Source: a plasmid
Sequence record: NZ_CP115194.1
DNA length: 51,160 bases
Reading direction: 5' to 3' (one strand)
Below, in pieces: positions 9,211 through 20,579 of this stretch. Made by a program: the position numbers and the translations under genes. Under the pieces are notes generated by a model that was not told the DNA's origin, made no database searches, and saw only the letters and a list, made by a program, of their open reading frames with translations. Positions within the stretch are counted from its first letter, which is position 1, and each line of letters opens with the position of its first letter.

Positions 9211-10368
9211 TTAGAAGAACTTCTTGGTAACCCCTCTGGATACCATGTTTGCAGCTTTTCCTAATGCGCCAGACATGCTCCCAGCCCCTGAAGCTAGTAT
9301 CGATGCGAATACAAAGCTGGAAAGTACGAAAAGTACCGCGACAAAAAGAGCAGCAGCAGAATCCGCCAACAAATACAGTTGTTCCTTCGCAAACGGGACA
9401 ACCTCCGTTGGCTCGCCCCATGCTCCGTTGAAGTTCATGCCCAGGTCGTAAAGGGTGAATCTCACCAACAGCGCAGAAAGGACCATCGTCGCCTTCAGGA
9501 TGACATTCAGAATGATGAACCCCACGAAGAACCTAAGCCAACCATCGAAGAGCGGACGCGTACTCTCAAGCATATAAAACGGGATAAATACAACCCCAAC
9601 GATCTTTGCCAAACCATAGCCAAGCTCAGACCACATGGAAGCCAGCCAGTAGACAGCCTCAAGCAGAAAAGCAATGAACTCCCAGGCAGTGGAATACTGC
9701 CAATACTTTATGCCGTCCCACAGCCCCATATCCTCGAGCTTGACGTTATCAAAAGCGATCTTTACCCACTGTATGAAGAAGAAGTTATCAGTATTGCCTA
9801 CTAGGAACGACTGCATCCCCTGAGATATGGCGACCCCGACACCCCACATTGCGCTCGTGCCATAGTCGTATCCAAGCCAAAAAGCCACCGTTATAGATAA
9901 CGATACAAAAGCGGCCACCAAGCGCAGTGTATTAAGCCCATCCAAGACGAATATCGTTGCCTCGGAGACAATCAGGACGAAGAAACAGAACCGCAACAGC
10001 ATCCTGGACCATTGATTAACCGGGTTCGTGTAATCCCCCATGATGCCCACCACGAACCGGCTGACTTCACCGGCGAAAACACTTCGGAACGTCTCCGACA
10101 GCGCCGCATCCGCCGTAGCAGGAATCATCAGTAGCAGAGGTGAGAAGAACAGTGCGGCCCAGGCAAGCGATTGGCCACCGATCCTCACCCACCTACGCTG
10201 CCACCACCGCCCGCTAGTTCCCGCACGGCTTGCCTTCATGACCGGCAGACTGGCCAGGGATACCCCGCTCGCTGCTAGCAAGCGAGCGTATCTCCAGCGC
10301 GAGAACAGGTAGCCCGACGCACCGAACATCAGTGCGCACATAACTACCACAAGCCACATAGTCGACAT
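9211..10368 (-). CDS. trbL: TrbL/VirB6-like polytopic T4SS membrane protein
   Basis: At least eight hydrophobic segments and a Gly/Ser-rich C-terminus (GAGSMSGALGKAA). It is downstream of TrbJ and the exclusion-like gene. Confidence 0.6.
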   Translation of the reverse strand: MSTMWLVVVMCALMFGASGYLFSRWRYARLLAASGVSLASLPVMKASRAGTSGRWWQRRWVRIGGQSLAWAALFFSPLLLMIPATADAALSETFRSVFAGEVSRFVVGIMGDYTNPVNQWSRMLLRFCFFVLIVSEATIFVLDGLNTLRLVAAFVSLSITVAFWLGYDYGTSAMWGVGVAISQGMQSFLVGNTDNFFFIQWVKIAFDNVKLEDMGLWDGIKYWQYSTAWEFIAFLLEAVYWLASMWSELGYGLAKIVGVVFIPFYMLESTRPLFDGWLRFFVGFIILNVILKATMVLSALLVRFTLYDLGMNFNGAWGEPTEVVPFAKEQLYLLADSAAALFVAVLFVLSSFVFASILASGAGSMSGALGKAANMVSRGVTKKFF

Positions 10369-10396
10369 TCGAATGCCCTCAACCCCGTAGCAGCTA

Positions 10397-10933
10397 TTAC
10401 TCGGTAGAGTAAATGGATCCTTCTAAAACTTTGTCCCCACCAATTTCACAATATTTTCTTATAGGACTACCGGCCAACTGCTTTTCACATGGGAAGTAAA
10501 AAGAAAGAGGTCCGCTGAACGTTCTTCTTCCGAAGATATGCTCCTGTATCCAGCTAGCTTCTGATGCAACTTGCTGAGATGTAATCTCACCTGGACGACC
10601 TCGTAACGCCGGCCTTGCCACATCATAAATTTTTTTCAACTTAACTAGTTGTTCTTTAGCCTGAGCCTCCGTCAGACCAGAGTAGTTTTTCTTCGAGTAT
10701 GGTACTGAGCCGCGCGGGGGAAACTTCGCATTAGCTTCATCAATATAGACCTGCCTGCACGCCTCTCTTTCTCCAACGTTTTTCTTGCTCCCGCATTTTT
10801 TTGCTGCCAACTTAAAATACTCAAGCCTGTTGAGATCATATTTCTCTTGACTCTTGTCAAAGTATCTATCAGCAGCAGCAACGCCAACAGACAAAGGCAA
10901 TGCCAAAACCAAAAAGACGATCTTAATGTTCAT
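10397..10933 (-). CDS. secreted Cys-containing protein in the trbK (entry-exclusion) position, allele 1
   Basis: Signal peptide MNIKIVFLVLALPLSVGVAAA. The C-terminal 34 aa are identical to the paralogue at 12445-12975, while the N-terminal part is ~50% identical. Confidence 0.4.
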   Translation of the reverse strand: MNIKIVFLVLALPLSVGVAAADRYFDKSQEKYDLNRLEYFKLAAKKCGSKKNVGEREACRQVYIDEANAKFPPRGSVPYSKKNYSGLTEAQAKEQLVKLKKIYDVARPALRGRPGEITSQQVASEASWIQEHIFGRRTFSGPLSFYFPCEKQLAGSPIRKYCEIGGDKVLEGSIYSTE

Positions 10934-10946
10934 ATCTTAACCATCC

Positions 10947-12416
10947 TCACCAATCAGCCAAGGGGGAGTTATCAATCTTAATCCTTTGCTTCCGCTTCTC
11001 CGCTAACTCCCTCAAAGATGCTTCCTTAGATTCCTTTTCCTTGGAGAAAACAAAAGAGGGTAACTGATTTGAATACTGGAATCTTTTGTTCTGCTGATTC
11101 AGACTCTGTATCTGCAACTCCAAAGACTTCTGGTTTTGTTCCGCAAGAAATTGAAGTGTCTTTAAATTATCTTCATCGCCCAAAGCTAGACGAACAGAGT
11201 CCAAGTCATCAAGCTCTAGAGCATTGACCTCAATCATGTCCTGTTGCTGTTGAACCACGTCGACTTGGTCAGTGGCCATATCCACTCGGTTGGATGCCTG
11301 ATTTATCTCGGTCATGATTGATTTTCTACCGTTCCCGGAGAAAGGAATTGTGTCAGCGATCGACTGAATCTCTACAATCCTCCGCCCTCGAGCATATATT
11401 TGATCTACTCTAGCGTTGATTCTCTCCCACTCTGCATCACTTCTCTGGTTCTGCCCTGGATATATATCAAAAATATCCTTATAACTGGCATACAGTGCTT
11501 TCCAGTCCCTGGGACTCAACTTGCGCTTCAGCGACTCCATTTGACGCAGCACCTCGTCATATGCAACGAGAGTCTGCTTATAAAGCCGGAGAGCCTCCGC
11601 AAGCTGCTCTTGGTTCAGGACTGTTGTTTTAATATATTCATCGTAGTTTTTCAGGTCCTGAATATAGCCTTGCTCAGACCACATGGAAGCCAGCCAGTAG
11701 ACAGCCTCAAGCAGAAAAGCAATGAACTCCCAGGCAGTGGAATACTGCCAATACTTTATGCCGTCCCACAGCCCCATATCCTCGAGCTTGACGTTATCAA
11801 AAGCGATCTTTACCCACTGTATGAAGAAGAAGTTATCAGTATTGCCTACTAGGAACGACTGCATCCCCTGAGATATGGCGACCCCGACACCCCACATTGC
11901 GCTCGTGCCATAGTCGTATCCAAGCCAAAAAGCCACCGTTATAGATAACGATACAAAAGCGGCCACCAAGCGCAGTGTATTAAGCCCATCCAAGACGAAT
12001 ATCGTTGCCTCGGAGACAATCAGGACGAAGAAACAGAACCCCAACAGCATCCTGGACCATTGATTCACCGGGTTCGTGTAATCCCCCATGATGCCCACTA
12101 CGAACCGGCTGACTTCACCGGCGAAAACACTTCGGAACGTCTCCGACAGCGCCGCATCCGCCGTAGCAGGAATCACCAGTAGCAGAGGTGAGAAGAACAG
12201 TGCGGCCCAGGCAAGCGACTGGCCACCGATCCTCACCCACCTGCGCTGCCACCACCGCACGCTGGTTCCCGCGCGGCTTGTCATCACCATTGGCAGACTG
12301 GCCAGGGATACCCCGCTCGCCGCCAGCAAGCGAGCGTATCTCCAGCGTGAGAACAGGTAGCCCAGCGCACTGAACATCAGTGCGCACATAACTACCACAA
12401 GCCACATAGTCGACAT
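10947..12416 (-). CDS. chimeric ORF: TrbL/VirB6 N-terminal ~250 aa fused in frame to a TrbJ-like C-terminal ~240 aa
   Basis: The N-terminus is ~97% identical at the DNA level to 9630-10368. The C-terminus is ~75% identical at the amino-acid level to TrbJ at 12986-13837. The junction is at ~11683 with ATAGCC microhomology. Confidence 0.5.
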   Translation of the reverse strand: MSTMWLVVVMCALMFSALGYLFSRWRYARLLAASGVSLASLPMVMTSRAGTSVRWWQRRWVRIGGQSLAWAALFFSPLLLVIPATADAALSETFRSVFAGEVSRFVVGIMGDYTNPVNQWSRMLLGFCFFVLIVSEATIFVLDGLNTLRLVAAFVSLSITVAFWLGYDYGTSAMWGVGVAISQGMQSFLVGNTDNFFFIQWVKIAFDNVKLEDMGLWDGIKYWQYSTAWEFIAFLLEAVYWLASMWSEQGYIQDLKNYDEYIKTTVLNQEQLAEALRLYKQTLVAYDEVLRQMESLKRKLSPRDWKALYASYKDIFDIYPGQNQRSDAEWERINARVDQIYARGRRIVEIQSIADTIPFSGNGRKSIMTEINQASNRVDMATDQVDVVQQQQDMIEVNALELDDLDSVRLALGDEDNLKTLQFLAEQNQKSLELQIQSLNQQNKRFQYSNQLPSFVFSKEKESKEASLRELAEKRKQRIKIDNSPLADW

Positions 12417-12444
12417 TCGAATTCCCTCAACCCCGTAGCAGCTA

Positions 12445-12975
12445 TTACTCGGTAGAGTAAATGGATCCTTCTAAAACTTTGTCCCCACCAATTTCACAGT
12501 ATTTTCTTATAGGACTACCGGCCAACTGCTTTTCACATGGCAAGTAAAAAGAAAGAGAACTACTTAAAGTGCGTCTTCCGAAGATATTCTCCTGAATCCA
12601 GCTGGCTTCTGCCTCCACAGCATTCTTTGTCAGTTCTCCTGGATACGCTTTAGATCCACCATGGGCTTTCTCGTAGATACTCTTTAACTCGATAAGCTTC
12701 GCCACAGCTTGATCCTTGCTCATTCCAGAATAGTTTTTCTTCGAGTAAGCCGAGCTCCCTCTAGGTGGGTATTTTTCATCCGCTTTGTCGGTTATTTTTT
12801 TCTCGCAGGTGCGCCTTTCCCCAACAGTCTTCAAATGAGAGCAGCTAGATCGAGCAGTCTTAAAATACTCTGCCCTCTTCATGTCGTAGCTTTCTTGCGC
12901 CTTATCTATATATCTCTCAACAGCAAAAGCGCTAGTGGACAGCAACATTACGAAAATCAGTGAAAATATTTTCAT
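12445..12975 (-). CDS. secreted Cys-containing protein in the trbK position, allele 2
   Basis: Signal peptide MKIFSLIFVMLLSTSAFA. It keeps the C-terminal block FYLPCEKQLAGSPIRKYCEIGGDKVLEGSIYSTE. Start set at the internal ATG at 12975. Confidence 0.4.
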   Translation of the reverse strand: MKIFSLIFVMLLSTSAFAVERYIDKAQESYDMKRAEYFKTARSSCSHLKTVGERRTCEKKITDKADEKYPPRGSSAYSKKNYSGMSKDQAVAKLIELKSIYEKAHGGSKAYPGELTKNAVEAEASWIQENIFGRRTLSSSLSFYLPCEKQLAGSPIRKYCEIGGDKVLEGSIYSTE

Positions 12976-12985
12976 GTCTAAACTC

Positions 12986-13837
12986 TTACCAGTTTGCCAA
13001 AGGAGAATTATCAACCTTGATTTTCTGTTTTCTCTTCTGTTCTAGCTCTTTCAAGGATGCTTCCTGATTTTCCTTGTCCTTAGAAAAAACATGCGAGGCT
13101 AGTTGATTAGAGAACAACATGCGACTGTTGCTCTGGGCCATACTTTCAACCTGAAGCTCTAGTGCCTTTTGGTTCTGTTCCGCAAGGAACTGTAGTGTTC
13201 GTAAATTATCCTCATCACCAAGAGACAGGCGGTTCTCATCCAGATACGTGAGGTCCTCCATGTTGTCCTTCAGCTTTTGATTGAACTTCTCTACAGTGTT
13301 CGATTGAGACACTGCAAGATCTGAACGAGTAATCGCACGATTCAAGTCACTCGCAACAGTTTCTCGCCCATTGCCTTTGAATGGAATAGCGTCAACGATC
13401 GACTGAAGCTCGACCATTTTCTGTCCTCGAGCATAGACCTGATCTACTTTCGCGTTGATTCTTTCCCACTCAGCATCGCTGCGCTGAGTTTGGGTAGGAT
13501 ATAGATCGAGAATATCCTTATAACTGGCATACAGTGCTTTCCAGTCCCTGGGACTCAACTTGCGCTTCAGCGACTCCATTTGACGCAGCACCTCGTCATA
13601 TGCAACGAGAGTCTGCTTATAAAGCCGGAGAGCCTCCGCAAGCTGCTCTTGGTTCAGAACCGTGGTCTGAATGTATTCATCGTAGTTCTTCAGGTCCTGG
13701 ATATAGCCCTCAACCATCTGTGTGAGGTTAGCAATATCTGCAACAGGAAAACCCCACGCATTAACCACACTGCTATTAGTCATGGTTGCCATTGATAGGA
13801 ATACAGCTATCGCCAGAGACTTCAACTTGCGCTTCAT
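12986..13837 (-). CDS. trbJ: TrbJ/VirB5-like T4SS protein
   Basis: Signal peptide and the GFPVADIANLTQ motif (matching the TrbJ GIPV-D-NL-Q pattern). The rest is a long coiled-coil region. Confidence 0.65.
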   Translation of the reverse strand: MKRKLKSLAIAVFLSMATMTNSSVVNAWGFPVADIANLTQMVEGYIQDLKNYDEYIQTTVLNQEQLAEALRLYKQTLVAYDEVLRQMESLKRKLSPRDWKALYASYKDILDLYPTQTQRSDAEWERINAKVDQVYARGQKMVELQSIVDAIPFKGNGRETVASDLNRAITRSDLAVSQSNTVEKFNQKLKDNMEDLTYLDENRLSLGDEDNLRTLQFLAEQNQKALELQVESMAQSNSRMLFSNQLASHVFSKDKENQEASLKELEQKRKQKIKVDNSPLANW

Positions 13838-13855
13838 AAAAATTCCCTCTTATGT

Positions 13856-15132
13856 CTAAGCGAGTCTCAAGGCCTTCACTGCTTCAGCGATAGCCTTGTC
13901 TACGTCTCCAGGATATTTGGCGAACATCTCTCGGATTACTGGCTGTTCACTGGGCGAGCTGGTCGAGACGACATACTGCTCTGGCTCGACGTTCAGCTGG
14001 ACCACCTGGGCTATATCCGCCTCGGGCTGCCAGATTAACATCTCGCGCTGCGGTCGAAGGGACTCAATGCCGTCAACGATTCCGTCGCTCGCTCCGAAGA
14101 CCGTCTTGTAATGAGATCTCATCTCGGTCGACATTTTCGGCTCTGCCCCGAACAGGAACGTGGTAGCTGCACCGCGTAGCATCTGCCAGTCGGGTATGGC
14201 CGCGTAGTGCTGAGGGCTCTGTGTCCACAGCGTGATTCCGGCGTTCCACTTGTTCCAGGTTCGGACCTTTGCAAGCAGGAACTGCACTGCTCCTGGAACG
14301 TCCAGGAAGTACTGACACTCATCGATCTGCAGCTGTTTGATGCGATCTACCAGCTTTGGATCTTCGAATAGCCTGGTCACCCTGAAAAAGATTTCGGTCT
14401 GGGCGAGCGCTGCGAGCCTATGGTCGTCCTTCAGGCCGCTCAAGTTGTAGATGCCCATCCGCCTACCAAAGGTGCCCAACCCATCTATCTCGTTGTCGAA
14501 CAGGTTGCCGTATATTCCCGGGCGCACCCAGCGCTCCAGCTTCTGCTTAAGGCTTTTCGGGAAGTGGCTATACAGGCCCGAGAGGGTCCGCATGCTGGCC
14601 TCATCAACCCGCAGGATGTCACGGATCGCCCTATCGAGATCAGCCTGTTCATCCTTATCGATCGAACGCAGATCCGCCGACTCGTTGAGTTCGAACATGA
14701 TCCGCAACAGGTGCAGTAGATGCCCTACGAATAACCCGTCCTTCTCCTTCAAAGCCGGATCAGCCGAGAAGAACGCGTTGAAACCGTGACTCGTCGCAGG
14801 GTCCGTGATGCGGAATACTCCCGCATCAGATCCGAAGAAAGCGGCCATCGCCTCGGCACCAGCATCAACACCAATATCCTGGTACAGCCCTCCGAACTTC
14901 ATGAAGTGGCTCGCGATAGAATTCTTCGCGAACGTCTTGCCGGATCGAGTGGGGCCAGTTGCAATAACCAGGCCCTTGTCCGCCAGAAACTCCGAGTACC
15001 CGAAAGCGCAGTTGTCGCGCGTCTGAAGAATGTAGGTGGGTTCCTCCTTAGCCGAGCCCCAGGAGGTCACCCCCTTTTGCGACTTGAATGCGATAGACGT
15101 CGCGCCGGCCTGGCTGCTCGTGAACTCCACCG
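13856..15132 (-). pseudogene. trbE: VirB4/TrbE ATPase, C-terminal half (split by the IS21-family element)
   Basis: Walker A motif GPTRSGKT. The frame joins the N-terminal half precisely once the IS and one ACCG copy are removed, giving 850 aa in total. Confidence 0.75.
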
Positions 15133-15302
15133 TGTCAACAGCAACTCAGAAGTGACCCACCTTGGTGTTTGAACAGCAATTAGGAATTGACCCACCTGGA
15201 GTGTTTTCTAAGCAGCGGCAGTCCCTAGACACGGGTCAAGGCAGTTGCTGGGCGGCAACCTGATTTGACCCAGGGTCAAGTTCACCTGCTGGTCAGCGAT
15301 TT

Positions 15303-17197
<1,895 letters not shown>

Positions 17198-17220
17198 TCA
17201 TTTTCAATGTGCTGCTGACA

Positions 17221-18500
17221 ACCGCACGCATCGACTTCTTCGCGTAGCCGGGAAGCAGGGTCGGGAATAGCTCTATCAGCCCGGCCGACTCCCATACGGC
17301 CGTGAGGCTACTCTCGGTCAAAGCGGTGTGCATCTCTGCGCACGCGCTCTTGAGCTCAAGCGGATTCTCGTTCCACACCACAACATGCGAGTTATACGAG
17401 CCCCAGCGATCCGGGGTGTTCGCCGCATCATCAAGTTCTTTGACCTTCTTGCGGAGGTGATCGCTGTTTTTGAGCTTTTCCTCCATGCCGCTATTCGGGT
17501 TCTCACCGGTGAGAATCGCAGACAGCTTCATGTTCTGCCGGGCCAACTCGTTCGCCTTGTTCCGCAGCAGCATTGACAGCCCGGCCTTGCTGTACGGCAC
17601 CCAGCGGTTGACTACCAGGTAGTTGCCTTTCTGCATCAGCGGGGAGCGCTGAGTCTGGATCCAGATTCCCTCCGGAACGTAACGACCGCCATAGGCGATG
17701 ATGCTCGCGATCCGCGCGTAAACCGGACGGGGACCGTGGAACTTCAGGCAGGTCATGCCGTCGATCTCGACCGGCTCGATGCCCCCGTTGGAAAGAAGGG
17801 CGTCCCAGTTCTCGACCGGCACCTCCTCATGCACCGCACTGTCGAGCAGTGATGGGTTCATGTTCACCAGGGCTCGGTGAAGCGCCCATAGAGACTGGAG
17901 ATTCATGGTGGAGGACCGAGGCGACACCAGCTCCGACCGGCTGGACAGATCTTTCAGACTCGCCTCAAGGAGGTCGGCCTGACGCTGCAACTGCCGCTCT
18001 TCCGCGATCCATGCGTCATGGTTCCGGAACCGCTGCACCAATAGCAGACGGCTTTCCGCCTCGAAGGGCGCTTGAAACAAGTGCTTCAGCATCCCGACGC
18101 TGAGCAGGTTGTTTACATGTTCCTCCGCCGGGCACTCCAACAGCCAGAACAAGCGCGAGTCATTCAGCCGCTGTGAGTTCAGGAAGCGGGAGCGCCGCTT
18201 CGAAAGCAGGTCACTCCGCGGGTCGTCCCGCTCGCGCAATGCAACCCCTTTACCCTCGAAGTGAAAGTAGTACTGGCAGAGGCTCAGGGATGGGTGGAGG
18301 CTCTGGTAAAGGGCGCGCTGAACACTGGAGAACAATCGCCGATCATGTTCTCCCAGGGCTGTCGGGTCGGTCCCACCCATCTCAATACCGCTCAACAGCG
18401 AACCCGCGTAGGTCAGGCAGAATTTCTTCCACACACCTGCCGAGTACAGCTTGCTGTTCAACGGCTCGACCCGCTTTGGCTCCCCCTGATAGCGCCCCAT
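17221..18500 (-). pseudogene. trbE: VirB4/TrbE ATPase, N-terminal half (interrupted by the IS21-family element; the ORF reads on into the IS terminus)
   Basis: Begins MGRYQGEPKRVEPLNSKLYSAGVWKKF…GSLLSGIEMGGTDP, a VirB4-type N-terminus. The ATG is 2 bp after the pilin-gene stop. Confidence 0.7.
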
Positions 18501-18502
18501 GG

Positions 18503-18838
18503 TTAGATCCCCTGAATCCAGGAGAACAGAAGGGCGATGTTGAACATCACAACCGCGCCAGTCAGCGCACGTCCAACCAGGCCAATTGCCGGCCCGGCCG
18601 ACTTGGGAATGACCACCCACATGAAGTAGGCCAGGACGAACCCGAGGACAGCCACCAGAAGAACTCCAGGGCCACCCAGGAAGTCGACTATCTGCTGCAT
18701 CAGCGCGCCGATCTTCTGCAGCGGGCCGTCGTTCGGCGAGCCAAGATCCACATCGTTGTTCAGAGCCTGCGCCCCAGGACTGATGGCGAGGATGGCCGCC
18801 ATACAGAAGAGCCAGTTTTTCAAGCGAGACACTTTCAT
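18503..18838 (-). CDS. VirB2/TrbC-like pilin
   Basis: Signal peptide ending AQA, followed by two hydrophobic helices (LLVAVLGFVLAYFMWV / AVVMFNIALLFSWI). 111 aa. Confidence 0.5.
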   Translation of the reverse strand: MKVSRLKNWLFCMAAILAISPGAQALNNDVDLGSPNDGPLQKIGALMQQIVDFLGGPGVLLVAVLGFVLAYFMWVVIPKSAGPAIGLVGRALTGAVVMFNIALLFSWIQGI

Positions 18839-18842
18839 CAGA

Positions 18843-19262
18843 TCACTCCTTTTCAGTGAAAGCAGAACCGATAACCGGATCGTTATCGTTCCAGGACAAC
18901 AGCAGAATTCGGCGCTTACGCCCCCCCAACCAGCTCGTGTACACCGCATGATCGAACTTGAGAGGATCCAAGAAATCAGGGGCTGTCAGGCTTTGCAGCC
19001 AAAAAACCCAGGCGTCCGGGTCTTCCTTGTGGATCATGAAGACCGGGATGGTGATCACGAGGCACATGACTGTCCCGACCAAAAGGCCAAGCCAGACCCC
19101 GAACATGTAGAGAGAGCCGAAAAGCGCAATGAGCCCCATACCCATGACCCCTACCCATATTTTGGTGGGGATGCCAAACGACTCCCGCCGCTGGACGAAG
19201 GCGGCTTTGTTCTCGAGATCAGGATTATGCAGCGGCACTTGCGTTGACATTTCTTTCACCAT
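18843..19262 (-). CDS. VirB3/TrbD-like protein with a C-terminal extension
   Basis: Hydrophilic N-terminus with RRESFGIP, then two TM helices and a KEDP motif, which is the VirB3/TrbD topology. It is directly upstream of the pilin and VirB4. Confidence 0.45.
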   Translation of the reverse strand: MVKEMSTQVPLHNPDLENKAAFVQRRESFGIPTKIWVGVMGMGLIALFGSLYMFGVWLGLLVGTVMCLVITIPVFMIHKEDPDAWVFWLQSLTAPDFLDPLKFDHAVYTSWLGGRKRRILLLSWNDNDPVIGSAFTEKE

Positions 19263-19548
19263 CGCCCTCAAACTGCCCCCCTGTCCGCGGGAGGAACTGC
19301 AGAAAAACAGTGTTGTTGCGAATGGCTCCAGGGCACGCCTCTTCCACAAAAGGAAGGGCCACATCCAAGCGAAGCCAGATCCGCTTGTTCCCCTGGAGCG
19401 TCACAACATCAAACGTCTTCTCTTGGTCCGGGAGGCTGACTCTCATCCGCCAACCACGGCGCTCTCCTACCTCGGTTTCAACCAAGAAAACCTTGTAGTG
19501 AGGTGCTGTAGCATCTAGAAACACCAGTTCTCTCTTCGTAAGTGATGC
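19225..19548 (-). CDS. hypothetical small protein upstream of virB3 (doubtful)
   Basis: ORF with an internal Met (MASLTKRELVFLD…). No motifs, and it overlaps the virB3-like start. Confidence 0.2.
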   Translation of the reverse strand, partial: ASLTKRELVFLDATAPHYKVFLVETEVGERRGWRMRVSLPDQEKTFDVVTLQGNKRIWLRLDVALPFVEEACPGAIRNNTVFLQFLPRTGGQFEGDGERNVNASAAA

Positions 19549-19691
19549 CATGTCTTCAAACGCCAGTACCTGTAATGAATGTGGCAAACCTACCATTGCC
19601 ACTGTTGTGTGGCAACAGCTCGTTTTCTGAAACCCCCTACTTTTGAGATACAATCCCCCCATCCACGCCTATTCAACCCCCCCGGATACGA

Positions 19692-19976
19692 ATGAACGAA
19701 CCGCGCAAAAGGCCGACGAAGACTAAGAAGCCGCCAAGAAAAACCCCTCCAACACGGCTGACAATTCCTCAGGACGTACAGGACAGGTCTAACCAACTGT
19801 TTGTTGAGTCCGTGGACGTGAACGAGTTTTTCGGCCAACGGTCGTTGAGCAAGGTTGTAACGGCGTTGCTCGAAATAGCACTTGAACGTGCCGATCAGTT
19901 CGACAGCTCAAAGGTGACGGATAAGGACAGCTTGAAAGTCGAGCTGGAACGCATATTGCGCGGAGATAAGATCTGA
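19692..19976 (+). CDS. small basic protein, putative DNA-binding regulator, divergent from the T4SS operon
   Basis: 94 aa with a Lys/Arg/Pro-rich N-terminus and a helical C-terminus. The intergenic region towards the operon contains overlapping palindromes. Confidence 0.35.
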   Translation: MNEPRKRPTKTKKPPRKTPPTRLTIPQDVQDRSNQLFVESVDVNEFFGQRSLSKVVTALLEIALERADQFDSSKVTDKDSLKVELERILRGDKI

Positions 19977-20104
19977 CGCCGGCAGGGTCTCCAGTAGGAG
20001 ATGGGCGCCTGAGTAAAGGCATTTTTATAGCGGCACAGTGCCGCTACGACAAGGCGACAACTCCTTTCGAAGTTAAAAACTATCTATTCTGATAGCCCCC
20101 TCCC

Positions 20105-20495
20105 CTTCTAATACACCAGGTCCACGGCGCCGGTGGCCATCCCCTGGACGTGATCGAGGTCGACGGGCTCCACCAGGTGCTCGCCGGCCGCGCCGGACGG
20201 ATCCACGCCACCAGGTCCTTGGCGCCGCCGGCGCCGGTGGCCATCCCCTGGAAGTGATCGAGGCCGACGTACTCCACCAGGTGCTCGCCGGCCAGGCCGG
20301 ACGGATCCACGTCACCAGGTGTTCGGCGCCGCCGGCGCCGATGGCCATCCCCTGGACGTGATCGAGGGCGACGGGCTCAACCAACTGCTCGCCGGCCGTG
20401 CCGGACGGATCCGCGGCACCTGGTCCTCGGCGCCGCCGGCGCCGATGGCCACCTGCAGGTCGTGAACCAGGGCGACGCCCCAAGAGCTCGGAGGC
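20105..20495. repeat. tandem array of ~3.7 copies of a 105 bp GC-rich repeat unit
   Basis: Period ~105 bp. The unit core is GGCGCCGCCGGCGCCG-(A/G)TGGCCATCCCCTGGACGTGATCGAGGTCGACGGGCTCCACCAGGTGCTCGCCGGCC. The unit recurs at 21395-21560, 32400-32495, 33883-34123 and 35770-35887. Confidence 0.7.
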
Positions 20496-20579
20496 TTCCT
20501 GCATGCGCGTCAGCCAGCCGGACGAACGGTTGTTTTCATGTAAAATCGCATCCCTACCCTACGTGCTCGAGGACTGAGC

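Noticed and set aside
20073-20504. 143 aa ORF, and similar ORFs at 21393-21803, 33691-34155 and 35503-35939, translating the 105 bp repeats
   Set aside because: The period is a multiple of 3, so frames stay open. The peptides are Pro/Arg/Gly/Trp-rich nonsense. Equally long ORFs exist on the opposite strand.
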